From a virus, in the IMG/VR virus record IMGVR_UViG_3300025132_000028, positions 8,664 through 72,663 of that record: 64,000 nt of DNA; one strand, given 5' to 3'. The translations under genes and the position numbers were made by a program. This document shows, piece after piece, positions 32,132 through 42,059 of the stretch (positions within the stretch are counted from its first letter, which is position 1; each line of letters opens with the position of its first letter). The notes below the pieces were generated by a model, which did not search any database, was not told the DNA's origin, and worked only from the letters and a program-made list of their open reading frames with translations.

Positions 32132-32985
32132 TGTTAGGACAGTATTACTACCACGAAATCTTAAGAAAAACAATTATTGGTTTCGGAACTTTATTTAATA
32201 ATATTCAACTACGCCATCAAGATGCTGCTGGTAAGGATATTAGTGCGATCAAAGTTCCCCTAGCATATGGTCCTGCACAAAAATTCTTGGCAAGAATTGA
32301 GCAAGGTAAAACAAACGAGAGAGACATTGCAATTACTTTACCACGAATGTCATTTGAAATGACTGGTATTGAGTATGATGCAACAAGAAAAACAGGAATT
32401 ACTCAAACATTCAAAACCACTATGAAATCTAGTGGTGATATGAAAAAGGTATTCATGCCTGTTCCTTATACTCTTAGTTTTTCATTATCAATTTTTACAA
32501 AATTGAACGATGATGCTTTACAAATTATTGAACAGATATTACCTTATTTCCAACCAAGTTTTAATATTACAATAGATCTAGTAAGTTCTATTGGAGAAAA
32601 AAGAGATATTCCAGTTACATTAAACAATATTAGTTTTTCTGATGAATATGAGGGAGACTTTACAACTCGTAGAGCACTCATTTATACATTGACTTTTTCT
32701 GCAAAAACTCAACTCTTCGGTGCAATCGCAGATTCTCCAGATGGAATCATCAAGAAGGTTATGGTCGATATCTACCAAGATACAAATACAAGGACTGCAA
32801 GAAAGAGTGTCAGATATACAACTACACCAAAAGCGAAGAAAGATTACGACAACGACGGAGCGATTACTGCTGCCGATGATCCATTAGTTGAAGCTGGTGA
32901 TGACTTTGGATTTAATGAAAGTACATCAATTTATTTGACTCCAACTAAATATAGTCCAAGTGAAGGTAAGGATGTTGACGGATGA
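32131..32985 (+). CDS. g15: Tail sheath stabilizer / tail completion protein gp15
   Basis: YYYHEILRK.IIGFGTLFN, VPLAYGP..KF, LPRMSFE and QIIEQILPYFQP motifs. Confidence 0.93.
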   Translation: MLGQYYYHEILRKTIIGFGTLFNNIQLRHQDAAGKDISAIKVPLAYGPAQKFLARIEQGKTNERDIAITLPRMSFEMTGIEYDATRKTGITQTFKTTMKSSGDMKKVFMPVPYTLSFSLSIFTKLNDDALQIIEQILPYFQPSFNITIDLVSSIGEKRDIPVTLNNISFSDEYEGDFTTRRALIYTLTFSAKTQLFGAIADSPDGIIKKVMVDIYQDTNTRTARKSVRYTTTPKAKKDYDNDGAITAADDPLVEAGDDFGFNESTSIYLTPTKYSPSEGKDVDG

Positions 32986-33410
32986 TGAAAGATAATAAAT
33001 TTGACCAAATTAATGAAGCATTAGATACATCAATTGAATCTAGTATTACTGAGATTCAGAAAGATGCTGTGCCAGTTCCTAAACAAGAAACAAATGATGT
33101 AGGTAAAGATTATGAATACACTAGAGGTAACTTGTATTCTTTAATTGAAAAGGGACAAGAAGCACTCAACGGAATCATGGAACTAGCAGCAGAGAGTGAC
33201 AGTCCTAGAGCATATGAAGTTGCTGGTCAAATTTTAAAAAGTGTTGGTGACACTACAGATAAACTTTTAGATTTACAAAAGAAATTGAAAGATATTGAGG
33301 AAGATACTGGAAAACCAATAGGTGGTAATATAACTAATAATGCTGTTTTTGTTGGGTCAACTACAGAGTTACAGAAATTGTTAAAGAAAGGATTACTAAA
33401 TAATAAGTAA
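32982..33410 (+). CDS. g16: Terminase small subunit gp16
   Basis: DYEYTR.NL, SPRAYEVA and FVGSTTELQK motifs. Confidence 0.92.
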   Translation: MMKDNKFDQINEALDTSIESSITEIQKDAVPVPKQETNDVGKDYEYTRGNLYSLIEKGQEALNGIMELAAESDSPRAYEVAGQILKSVGDTTDKLLDLQKKLKDIEEDTGKPIGGNITNNAVFVGSTTELQKLLKKGLLNNK

Positions 33411-33427
33411 CTGTTCTATCATTTACG

Positions 33428-34348
33428 ATGAGATTAGATGAAAACAAAAGTGGTGATAGTTCTTTGCGTGACTGGTTTAGCAAGAGTCGCTCTTCTGATG
33501 GTACCCCTGGTTGGGTTCAAATGGGCGGTAAATACTCAGGAAAACCCTGTGCTAAACAACCAGGACAAAAGACTAAACCAAAATGCGGATCTTCTAAGAT
33601 GAAGAGCAACCTTAATAAAAAGGAAGAGGATTCTGCTTTTCGTCGTAAGAACCGTCAAGATCCTAACCCAAATAGAAAAGGTAAGGCAAAGAACGTAGCA
33701 ACAGAACAAATGAAAACATTTAACACATTTTTTGAGGGCAAGAAAGATGCCTGTTATACGAAAGTAAAATCTCGTTATTCAGTTTGGCCAAGTGCTTATG
33801 CAAGCGGTGCACTTGTCAAATGCCGAAAAGTTGGTGCAAAGAATTGGGGAAATAAAACTAAGAAAGAAGAATTTGAAGGTACAACGACCTTTGCTAAATT
33901 CCAATCAGAATGTTGGAAAACGCATAAAAAAGTAGGAATGAAAATGAAAGGAGGCAAGTTGGTAAATGATTGTCGCCCTAAGAATGAAGAAGTTACTAAC
34001 GAAGCGAAAAATTGTTGGAAAGGTTATGAGAAAAAAGGATCCCAAAAACTATTCGGAAAAACGTACAACCGCTGTGTAAAAAAAGAGGAGACAACTAATG
34101 TCGAAGAAGGAGCAGCATGGACAAAAAAGTCAGGACAAAGTAAGTCAGGAGGACTTAACGAAAAAGGCAGAAAAAGTTACGAACGCGAAAATCCTGGATC
34201 TGACCTTAAAGCACCTAGCAAGAAGGTTGGAAACAAGCGTAGGTCATCATTCTGCGCTCGAATGAAAGGAATGAGAAAGAGACAGAAACCATCTAACAAT
34301 ACAGGTGATGATAGATTATCTAAGTCACTCAGAGCATGGAACTGTTAA
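33428..34348 (+). CDS. Basic, Cys-containing modular hypothetical protein (putative internal head protein)
   Basis: 306-aa Lys-rich ORF after late promoter CTAAATA (33396-33402); modules WPSAYASG, two CWKxx...C units and GGLN.KGR...SFCARM...SLRAWNC. Confidence 0.75.
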   Translation: MRLDENKSGDSSLRDWFSKSRSSDGTPGWVQMGGKYSGKPCAKQPGQKTKPKCGSSKMKSNLNKKEEDSAFRRKNRQDPNPNRKGKAKNVATEQMKTFNTFFEGKKDACYTKVKSRYSVWPSAYASGALVKCRKVGAKNWGNKTKKEEFEGTTTFAKFQSECWKTHKKVGMKMKGGKLVNDCRPKNEEVTNEAKNCWKGYEKKGSQKLFGKTYNRCVKKEETTNVEEGAAWTKKSGQSKSGGLNEKGRKSYERENPGSDLKAPSKKVGNKRRSSFCARMKGMRKRQKPSNNTGDDRLSKSLRAWNC

Positions 34349-34349
34349 G

Positions 34350-34859
34350 ATGAAAAGTTTTCAACAGTTTATGGCAGAGGGTAACCCTACTACCCGTATG
34401 ATGCAGAAGTCTCAGACACAACAGACTGGTAACATTAGTGCCGATCGTGGAACTAATGAAAAAGCAAACAGAGTAAAACGTAAAGGTCTCGAAACAGATT
34501 TAAAGAAGAAAGGAATTGGATACAAAAAGGGAGTTGGTGAATATAAATATTCATCAGGAGAAGGTACAGGACGTGAGGTTTCATACCAAACAAGTCCTAA
34601 ACCAGGAATGTCCAAACGTCGTTTTGGAAAGGTCATGCGTCGTCTCGGTAGAAAGCATGGTCAAGAGTCTGTAATTACAAAGGATAAAAACAAACCTGCA
34701 AGATTACATGACACCGAATCTAAAAAACCTAGTCCCTCCTTTGGTATAGGTAAATCAAAACCAGGTAAGAATCCTTCTGGTATGGGTCAAACTTCTGGCA
34801 CAAAAGTTAGAAGTGGAAAACTAGGTAAAACTAATAAACCTGCATTTCATTATAATTAA
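34350..34859 (+). CDS. Basic hypothetical protein beginning with a capsid-targeting-like sequence (MKSFQQFMAE)
   Basis: ATG at 34350 follows the upstream stop. The N-terminus resembles the T4 internal protein CTS MKTYQEFIAE. ISADRG and QESV motifs are present. Confidence 0.75.
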   Translation: MKSFQQFMAEGNPTTRMMQKSQTQQTGNISADRGTNEKANRVKRKGLETDLKKKGIGYKKGVGEYKYSSGEGTGREVSYQTSPKPGMSKRRFGKVMRRLGRKHGQESVITKDKNKPARLHDTESKKPSPSFGIGKSKPGKNPSGMGQTSGTKVRSGKLGKTNKPAFHYN

Positions 34860-34860
34860 C

Positions 34861-34935
34861 ATGCCTATTTTTGTTATTGCTGTAGTGCTCATTGTTACAA
34901 CAGGAGCATTTATAAGATATTATGACCCCCATTAA
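34861..34935 (+). CDS. Putative 24-aa single-TM peptide
   Basis: MPIFVIAVVLIVTTGAFIRYYDPH* exactly fills the gap between the previous stop and g17. Confidence 0.45.
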   Translation: MPIFVIAVVLIVTTGAFIRYYDPH

Positions 34936-34938
34936 ACT

Positions 34939-36594
34939 ATGAGTGAGAATGTATATCTTGGTAATCCAAATCTAAAAAGAGCAAATACTCAAATTCAATT
35001 TACTGAGGATCAAGTTGTTGAGTTCCTCAAATGTAAAGATGATCCTGTATATTTTGCTTTAAATTATATAAAGATTGTTTCTCTTGATGAGGGAGAAGTT
35101 CCCTTTAAGATGTATGCTTTTCAAGAGAAGTTGGTAAAAAGATTTCATGCGAATAGATTTAACATCTGTAAGATGCCACGACAGACAGGTAAGTCTACAA
35201 CTTGCGTGTCGTATCTCTTACACTATGCTCTCTTTAATGCCAATGTTAATATTGCTATTCTGGCAAACAAAGCATCAACTGCAAGAGATCTACTAAACAG
35301 ATTACAATTTGCATACGAAAAACTGCCCAAATGGATGCAGCAAGGAATCCTTGTGTATAATAAAGGTTCCATGGAATTGGAGAATGGATCTAAAATTATC
35401 GCAGCATCTACGTCTGCATCTGCTGTTCGTGGTGGATCTTATAATATCATATTCTTAGACGAATTTGCGTTCATCCCGAATCATATTGCTGAACAATTCT
35501 TTGCATCTGTTTATCCTACTATTTCTTCTGGTAAAAACACCAAAGTAATTATGGTATCTACCCCTCACGGGATGAATCATTTTTACAGATATTGGCATGA
35601 TGCTGAAAGAGGAGAAAATGAATATGTACCTACTGAAGTTCACTGGTCAGAAGTACCAGGCAGAGATGCTGTATGGAAAGAGCAAACAATCAAGAACACT
35701 TCTGAATCACAGTTTAGAGTTGAGTTTGAATGTGAATTCTTAGGATCTGTTGATACCTTAATTGCACCATCAAAACTGAAAACGATGGTTTATGAAAATC
35801 CATCCACACAAAATGCTGGTTTGGATGTATATGAACAACCTAAAGACAATCATGATTATATGATTACAGTTGACGTTGCAAGAGGTGTTGGTTTTGACTA
35901 CTCTGCATTTGTTGTAGTTGATATTACTGAGTTTCCACATCGTCTTGTAGCAAAATATAGAAATAATGAAATCAAACCTATGTTGTTTCCAAATATTATT
36001 TGGCAAGTAGGAAAGAATTACAATAACGCATACATCTTATGTGAGGTAAATGATATTGGTGATCAAGTTGCATCAATAATTCAATATGATCTTGAGTATC
36101 AAAATCTTCTTATGTGTTCTATGAGAGGTAGAGCAGGTCAAGTTGTTGGACAAGGTTTCTCTGGTAAGAAGACTCAACTAGGTGTAAAAATGTCCAAGAC
36201 AGTAAAAAAAGTTGGATCATTAAACCTTAAGACAATGATTGAGGGTGATAAAGTTATCATTAATGATTATGATATCATCTCAGAACTTACTACATTCATA
36301 TCTAAAAGCAATTCATTTGAGGCAGAAGAAGGATGTAATGATGACCTTGCTATGTGTCTTGTAATATATGCATGGTTAGTTGCCCAAGATTATTTTAAAG
36401 AACTTACCGATCAAGATGTTCGTAAAAGGTTATATGAAGAACAGAAAAATCAAATTGAACAGGACATGGCACCATTTGGTTTTATAGATGATGGTTTAGA
36501 CAGTGATACATTTGTAGATGCAGAAGGAGACCGATGGAATAAAGCTTCAGATGAATATGGCGAAAGATCATATATGTGGGATTATCTTTCTTGA
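34939..36594 (+). CDS. g17: Terminase large subunit gp17
   Basis: Walker A PRQTGKS, Walker B IFLDE, STPHG, nuclease DVARG...DDLA; N-terminal YLGNPNLK. Confidence 0.97.
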   Translation: MSENVYLGNPNLKRANTQIQFTEDQVVEFLKCKDDPVYFALNYIKIVSLDEGEVPFKMYAFQEKLVKRFHANRFNICKMPRQTGKSTTCVSYLLHYALFNANVNIAILANKASTARDLLNRLQFAYEKLPKWMQQGILVYNKGSMELENGSKIIAASTSASAVRGGSYNIIFLDEFAFIPNHIAEQFFASVYPTISSGKNTKVIMVSTPHGMNHFYRYWHDAERGENEYVPTEVHWSEVPGRDAVWKEQTIKNTSESQFRVEFECEFLGSVDTLIAPSKLKTMVYENPSTQNAGLDVYEQPKDNHDYMITVDVARGVGFDYSAFVVVDITEFPHRLVAKYRNNEIKPMLFPNIIWQVGKNYNNAYILCEVNDIGDQVASIIQYDLEYQNLLMCSMRGRAGQVVGQGFSGKKTQLGVKMSKTVKKVGSLNLKTMIEGDKVIINDYDIISELTTFISKSNSFEAEEGCNDDLAMCLVIYAWLVAQDYFKELTDQDVRKRLYEEQKNQIEQDMAPFGFIDDGLDSDTFVDAEGDRWNKASDEYGERSYMWDYLS

Positions 36595-36824
36595 TGGAAT
36601 TTGATTTAGATGAGAACCTGTCATTAGGTCATTTGTTACTTTCTGATAGACAGTGTAGGACTTGTAGACAGACAAAAAATTTAGTTGATGGGTTTTATCG
36701 TACTAGGAAAGATAGAGGACCAGTTGAATCATCATACTCATATGAATGCAAAAAATGCACTATTGAAAGGGTAAAGAACAAAAAATTGACAACTAATGAA
36801 AGGTGGCAATATCCTGACTGGTAG
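36594..36824 (+). CDS. Small Zn-finger hypothetical protein (CxxC...FY...CxxC)
   Basis: TGATG overlap with the g17 stop; CRTC and CKKC; C-terminal W.YPDW. Confidence 0.7.
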   Translation: MEFDLDENLSLGHLLLSDRQCRTCRQTKNLVDGFYRTRKDRGPVESSYSYECKKCTIERVKNKKLTTNERWQYPDW

Positions 36825-36909
36825 TAAGTTCACGCTAAGTTTCCCCTGTGTAAAGGTTCAAAACAATAAATATTTCTAGACTATTTCTGAGTACGCCAAG
36901 GAGTAACAA

Positions 36910-39165
36910 ATGGGCTATCTAAACTTAGCATCTCCAGGTATTCTGGTTAGAGAAGTTGACTTGACCACTGGTAGAGTGGATGCAACTTCTGATAGTATCG
37001 GAGCGCTATGTTCGCCTTTTGCAAAAGGTCCTGTAAGCCAAGCAACACTCATCGAGAGTGAGCAAGATTTGCTCAACATTTTCGGATCTGCATACAGTGC
37101 AGATAGACATTATGAGCATTGGATTTCGGCTTCTTCATACCTTGCATATGGAGGTGCATTACGTGTTGTCAGAGCTGACGGCACTGCACTAAAGAATGCA
37201 TGTGCTGACGATACACCAGGTATTGCCTTTACGGGGACTGCTATTAAAATTAAAAACGATCTGGATTTTGAATCGACTGGATATCTAGAAAACGGTATTA
37301 GTGGTGTTTCTTTCGTTGCACAAACACCAGGTACATGGGCAAATAACGTAACTATCTGCGTTGTTGACGGTCAAGCCGATCAACAAATGACTGGTATTAA
37401 TACAACACAGTTTGCATCTGTCGTTGGTGTTGGTACTACACAAAGTGTAAGAGTAACACACTCTCTACAAGTTGGTTATGGTGTAACACAAGCAGTTCCT
37501 GCTAACACAGTTCTTGCTGGTGCTGGTTCTACATCACTATTGGATGGATTTTTCAAAGGTGTTATTACTGGTATTAGTAGTGCTAAAGGTGGTACTGTTG
37601 ATGTTAAATTCCATTCTCATGTTTCTACAGCAGGTACTGAAACTGAGGTAGATTACACGCCAACTGGTATCTATAGATTTGGAGATACTGGATCACTTGC
37701 TTTCCATACTGTTGACGGTGTAACAATCGGTGTTACTACGTTAACTAATTCGGATGTTGCTTATGGTACTACTTCTTATACTGGCGAGAACGATTGGTTT
37801 GATAACCAATACGTAGGTATTGATAATAATAACTTTAAGTGGAACGCTGTAGCAGATCGTCCTGGTACTTCTCAGTATTGTTCTGAGAGAAACTCCAGAC
37901 ATGACGAAATGCACATCCTTGTCATTGATGACAAAGGTTTAATTACAGGTGTTCCTGGTCAAATTTTAGAGAAGCACTTTAATCTTTCCAAAGCAAAGGA
38001 TGCAACTTCTTCTGTTGCAACACCTTCATGGTATAGAAAGTATCTTGTCGAAGATTCAGATTACATCTTCGGTGGTAACCAACCTGTTGGTGTTACTACT
38101 TCTAGTTTCCAGAAAGATAAGTTTGAGCAAGACAGTGACGTTAACTGGAACCAAGATGCACAAGACATCAGTTTTGCTGGTAGAGGTGCTTGGAAGGTTG
38201 TAATGTCTAAGGGCGTTAACTACGCTGCATCTGGTTTAACTGGTGAATTTGCTGCTTCAGTTGGCAACATCTATGCTGGTTATGAATTGTTTGAGAATCC
38301 TGAAGAGATTGAAATTAACTTCCTCATCATGGGTTCTGCGAACTACAGCAAAGAAGGTGCTGCTGCAATTGCAAACAAACTAATTGAAGTTGCAGAATTA
38401 AGAAAGGATGCTGTTGCATTCATTTCTCCTTATAGAGGTGCATTCTTAACAGACGATGCCCTCAACCCAACATCTGAGATCTTAGCTAAGATCACAGGAT
38501 ACTATGCTCCTGTCACATCATCATCTTTCGCTGTTCTTGATTCTGGTTACAAGTATACCTTTGACCGTTTCAACAAAGAGTTTAGATGGGTTCCAATGAA
38601 CGCTGATATCGCTGGTCTTTGTGCTAGAACTGATATCAATAACTTCCCATGGTACTCACCTGCTGGTACTTCCAGAGGTGCGATCCTTAACGCTGTTAAA
38701 CTTGCGTTCAATCCTGGCAAGAGAGCAAGAGACGAACTTTATTCTAATAGAATTAACCCAATCACCTTTAATCCAGGTGGCGGTATCATTCTATTTGGTG
38801 ATAAGACTGGTCTTGCTAAAGCATCTGCATTCGACAGAATCAACGTCCGTCGTTTGTTCATCTTCCTAGAGAAGGCGATATCAGCTGCTGCTAGAGATCA
38901 ACTCTTTGAGTTCAACGATGATATTACAAGAACAAACTTTGTAAATATCATTGAACCATTCTTACGTGATGTTCAGGCAAAGAGAGGTATTAGTGACTTC
39001 TTAGTTGTTTGTGATGAAACTAACAACACTCCTGACGTTATTGATCGTAACGAATTTATTGCAGACATATTCATTAAGCCTGCACGTTCCATCAACTTCA
39101 TCGGTCTTACATTCGTTGCTACTAGAACTGGCATCTCGTTTGAAGAAGTCGTTGGTAGAGTTTAA
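36910..39165 (+). CDS. g18: Tail sheath protein gp18
   Basis: SPGILVREVDLT, PWYSPAG..RG, SAFDRINVRRLF and FEFND motifs; late promoter-like AATAAATA at 36865-36872. Confidence 0.97.
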   Translation: MGYLNLASPGILVREVDLTTGRVDATSDSIGALCSPFAKGPVSQATLIESEQDLLNIFGSAYSADRHYEHWISASSYLAYGGALRVVRADGTALKNACADDTPGIAFTGTAIKIKNDLDFESTGYLENGISGVSFVAQTPGTWANNVTICVVDGQADQQMTGINTTQFASVVGVGTTQSVRVTHSLQVGYGVTQAVPANTVLAGAGSTSLLDGFFKGVITGISSAKGGTVDVKFHSHVSTAGTETEVDYTPTGIYRFGDTGSLAFHTVDGVTIGVTTLTNSDVAYGTTSYTGENDWFDNQYVGIDNNNFKWNAVADRPGTSQYCSERNSRHDEMHILVIDDKGLITGVPGQILEKHFNLSKAKDATSSVATPSWYRKYLVEDSDYIFGGNQPVGVTTSSFQKDKFEQDSDVNWNQDAQDISFAGRGAWKVVMSKGVNYAASGLTGEFAASVGNIYAGYELFENPEEIEINFLIMGSANYSKEGAAAIANKLIEVAELRKDAVAFISPYRGAFLTDDALNPTSEILAKITGYYAPVTSSSFAVLDSGYKYTFDRFNKEFRWVPMNADIAGLCARTDINNFPWYSPAGTSRGAILNAVKLAFNPGKRARDELYSNRINPITFNPGGGIILFGDKTGLAKASAFDRINVRRLFIFLEKAISAAARDQLFEFNDDITRTNFVNIIEPFLRDVQAKRGISDFLVVCDETNNTPDVIDRNEFIADIFIKPARSINFIGLTFVATRTGISFEEVVGRV

Positions 39166-39187
39166 TTTTAATCCCAGGTAAACAACA

Positions 39188-39814
39188 ATGGCACACAGAG
39201 GGCAACAAAATTCGATTGCTACCAAATCTAGGACAATCGATGACTTTAAACAAAGACTAATTGGGGGCGGTTCAAGAAGCAACCTATTTGAGGTTGTTAT
39301 GAACTTCCCTGAAGGAGTTGTAGGAGCTGATGTTACGGATATCGAACTTAAGTCTCGTTTCCTTATCAAAGCAGCACAACTTCCCGCATCCAATGTCACA
39401 CCAATCGAAGTACCTTTCAGAGGAAGAACTCTGAAAGTTGCTGGTGACAGAACATTTGATGCATGGACAGTCACAGTAATTAACGATACTGATTTCGCAC
39501 TTCGTTCTTCTTTTGAGAGATGGATGAACTTTATTAATAAGGTATCCGATGCTTCAGGTAGAGTAAATCCTGAAGATTACCAAGTAGACGCTTGGATTCA
39601 TCAACTTGGTAGAGCAGATGTTTCACCTAATGGTGAGCAACCAAGTTCTGACTCATTACCTATTCTAAGAACGTATCATTTCTATAATATCTTCCCAACT
39701 CAGGTAGCACCTATCGAAGTTTCTTATGAAACAACCGATACTATCGAAGAGTTTACTGTTGAATTACAAGTTCAGTGGTGGGAAGCAGGTGGAAATGGCG
39801 GATCTGTAGAGTGA
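39188..39814 (+). CDS. g19: Tail tube protein gp19
   Basis: GGGSRSNLFEV, LPAS, FRGR.LKVAGDRTF..WT.TVIND and IEEFTV motifs. Confidence 0.96.
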   Translation: MAHRGQQNSIATKSRTIDDFKQRLIGGGSRSNLFEVVMNFPEGVVGADVTDIELKSRFLIKAAQLPASNVTPIEVPFRGRTLKVAGDRTFDAWTVTVINDTDFALRSSFERWMNFINKVSDASGRVNPEDYQVDAWIHQLGRADVSPNGEQPSSDSLPILRTYHFYNIFPTQVAPIEVSYETTDTIEEFTVELQVQWWEAGGNGGSVE

Positions 39815-39851
39815 TAAATAGTTAAACAGTAGTCACAAGTTTAACTATAAA

Positions 39852-41456
39852 ATGGCGAAACTATTTGGTTTTTCAATTGAAGACAAAAAGGGCGATAAAA
39901 AGCCTAAAGGCGTAGTCTCCCCTGTCCCCGAAAATAACGAGGACGGGGTTGATTACTATATGAGTAGTGGCTTTTATGGTCAGTATGTAGATATTGAGGG
40001 TGTCTTTAAAAATGAACAAGACTTAATGCGTAGATATCGTGAGATGGCGTTACACCCAGAGTGTGACAATGCTATCGAAGATGTTGTAAATGAAGCAATT
40101 GTTTCAGACTTAAACGATTCTCCAGTTGAAATTGAGTTATCTAATCTTAATGCTAGTGAACCACTAAAGAAAATTATTAGAGAAGAGTTCAAATATATTA
40201 AAGATCTTCTATCATTTGATAAGAAGTGTCATGAGATATTCCGTAATTGGTATGTTGACGGAAGAGTTTATTATCATAAGGTAATTGATTTAGATAAACC
40301 TTCAGAAGGAATTAAAGAAATCAGGCACATGGATGCCATGAAAGTGAAATATATGAGAGTCCTTAAAAAAGAAAAGGGCAATGAGTTGCAAATTGCACAA
40401 AATTATGTGCCTGGTAGAAATAATACAATAGCTTTAAAAGATCCTCAGATCGATGAATTTTTTGCATTTAGTCCTGATAGGAAAGCATATAGTTCAAACG
40501 CACAAAAAACAGTCAAAATTGCACCCGATGCTGTAACCTATATCACATCTGGATTAGTAGATAGAAATAAACATTTAACACTATCATATCTTCATAAAGC
40601 AATCAAGGGTCTTAATCAACTTCGCATGATCGAAGATGCACTTGTTATCTACAGATTATCAAGAGCACCCGAAAGAAGAATTTTCTACATTGATGTTGGT
40701 AATCTTCCAAAAGTAAAATCTGAGCAATACCTCAGAGATGTTATGAATCGTTATCGTAACAAATTAGTTTACGATGCAAACACTGGTGAGATTCGTGATG
40801 ATCGTAAGCACATGAGTATGCTTGAAGATTTCTGGTTACCTCGTCGTGAAGGTGGTAGAGGAACTGAAATCTCTACACTTCCTGGTGGTCAAAATCTTGG
40901 AGAACTTGCTGACATTGAATATTTCCAAAAGAAACTATATCGTGCACTGAATGTTCCTGAGTCTAGAATTGCTGGAAGTGGTGATGGTTTTAATCTTGGT
41001 AGAAGTTCTGAAATTCAAAGAGACGAATTAAAATTCAACAAATTTGTTGGACGTTTGAGAAAGAGATTTAGTAATGTATTCCTTGATCTTTTAAAGACAC
41101 AATTAATTCTAAAAAATATTGTTACTCCAGATGACTGGGAGGTTCTATCTGAGCATATCCAGTTTGATTACTTAAAAGATAATCATTTCTCTGAACTAAA
41201 AGAGAATGAAATGATTACTTCTAGAGTAACATTAGCATCTCAAGTAGAACCATATTTGGGTAAGTACTATTCTGTTGAATATGTTAGACGCCATGTTCTT
41301 CATCAAACTGATGAAGAAATTAGAGAGATTGATAAACAGATTGATCAAGAAATTGAAAATGGAATTCTTCCTGATCCTAATGCTCCAGTCGATGAAATGG
41401 GTAATCCCATAGAAGGTGGAGGGGAAGAAATTAACCCCGAAGGTGGGGAAATATAA
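39852..41456 (+). CDS. g20: Portal vertex protein gp20
   Basis: NQLRMIEDALVIYRLSRAPERRIFYIDVGNLPK and EDFWLPRREGGRGTEI.TLPGG motifs. Confidence 0.98.
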   Translation: MAKLFGFSIEDKKGDKKPKGVVSPVPENNEDGVDYYMSSGFYGQYVDIEGVFKNEQDLMRRYREMALHPECDNAIEDVVNEAIVSDLNDSPVEIELSNLNASEPLKKIIREEFKYIKDLLSFDKKCHEIFRNWYVDGRVYYHKVIDLDKPSEGIKEIRHMDAMKVKYMRVLKKEKGNELQIAQNYVPGRNNTIALKDPQIDEFFAFSPDRKAYSSNAQKTVKIAPDAVTYITSGLVDRNKHLTLSYLHKAIKGLNQLRMIEDALVIYRLSRAPERRIFYIDVGNLPKVKSEQYLRDVMNRYRNKLVYDANTGEIRDDRKHMSMLEDFWLPRREGGRGTEISTLPGGQNLGELADIEYFQKKLYRALNVPESRIAGSGDGFNLGRSSEIQRDELKFNKFVGRLRKRFSNVFLDLLKTQLILKNIVTPDDWEVLSEHIQFDYLKDNHFSELKENEMITSRVTLASQVEPYLGKYYSVEYVRRHVLHQTDEEIREIDKQIDQEIENGILPDPNAPVDEMGNPIEGGGEEINPEGGEI

Positions 41457-41497
41457 ATAAATATTAGGATTATAATTTTTATATAAAAAATCAAACT

Positions 41498-41788
41498 ATG
41501 AAACCTACTGCTGAACTAACTGATATGTTGACTGGCGGAACTTCTAATACAGAGGTTGCTGACAAGATCAAAGAGCTTTTGTACGCAAAAGCAGCTGAAA
41601 AAGTTGACGCTTTCCGTCCTCAAGTTGCCGATACTTTTTTTGGTCAACCTGAGCAAGAGGAAGAGGGTGAAGCAAGTGCTGAGGTAGAAACTGAAGTTGG
41701 CGATGAATCCGAAACTCAAGTAGATGTCGAAGCAAGTGCGGAAACAGATACTGAAGAAACCGTAACCGATGAAGAGGAAAAAGAATGA
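41498..41788 (+). CDS. Acidic prohead core protein (gp67-like position)
   Basis: 96-aa, very Glu-rich ORF between g20 and g21; TATAAATA at 41452-41459. Confidence 0.65.
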   Translation: MKPTAELTDMLTGGTSNTEVADKIKELLYAKAAEKVDAFRPQVADTFFGQPEQEEEGEASAEVETEVGDESETQVDVEASAETDTEETVTDEEEKE

Positions 41789-42054
41789 CTCAACGAGTTA
41801 ATCTAATTGCAAATGAACAGGCATCGCCAACAACCGCAGGTACTGCAAGCAGTATCAGTAAAGCAACTTGTGTAAGACTTTACAACCAGACTGGTGCTGA
41901 TGTTGTTGTTAATGTGAGTGCCACTGTTGGTGCAGCAAGTACAAATCAATTTACTATGTCAGCAGGTAGGACTGAATTTTTGGAAAAACTATCTACCGAT
42001 GTTATTTTTACAGGTTCTGCAATTAAAGCAGCAAAGGTAGGATTTACAAACTAA
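41785..42054 (+). CDS. Conserved cyanophage hypothetical protein upstream of g21
   Basis: 89-aa ORF with ATGA coupling; A.CVRLYN...EK...D...KVGFT pattern. Confidence 0.7.
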   Translation: MTQRVNLIANEQASPTTAGTASSISKATCVRLYNQTGADVVVNVSATVGAASTNQFTMSAGRTEFLEKLSTDVIFTGSAIKAAKVGFTN

Positions 42055-42059
42055 GAACC

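Noticed and set aside
36594-36824. Possible homing endonuclease between g17 and g18
   Set aside because: It is only 76 aa with a zinc finger and has no HNH or GIY-YIG catalytic motif.
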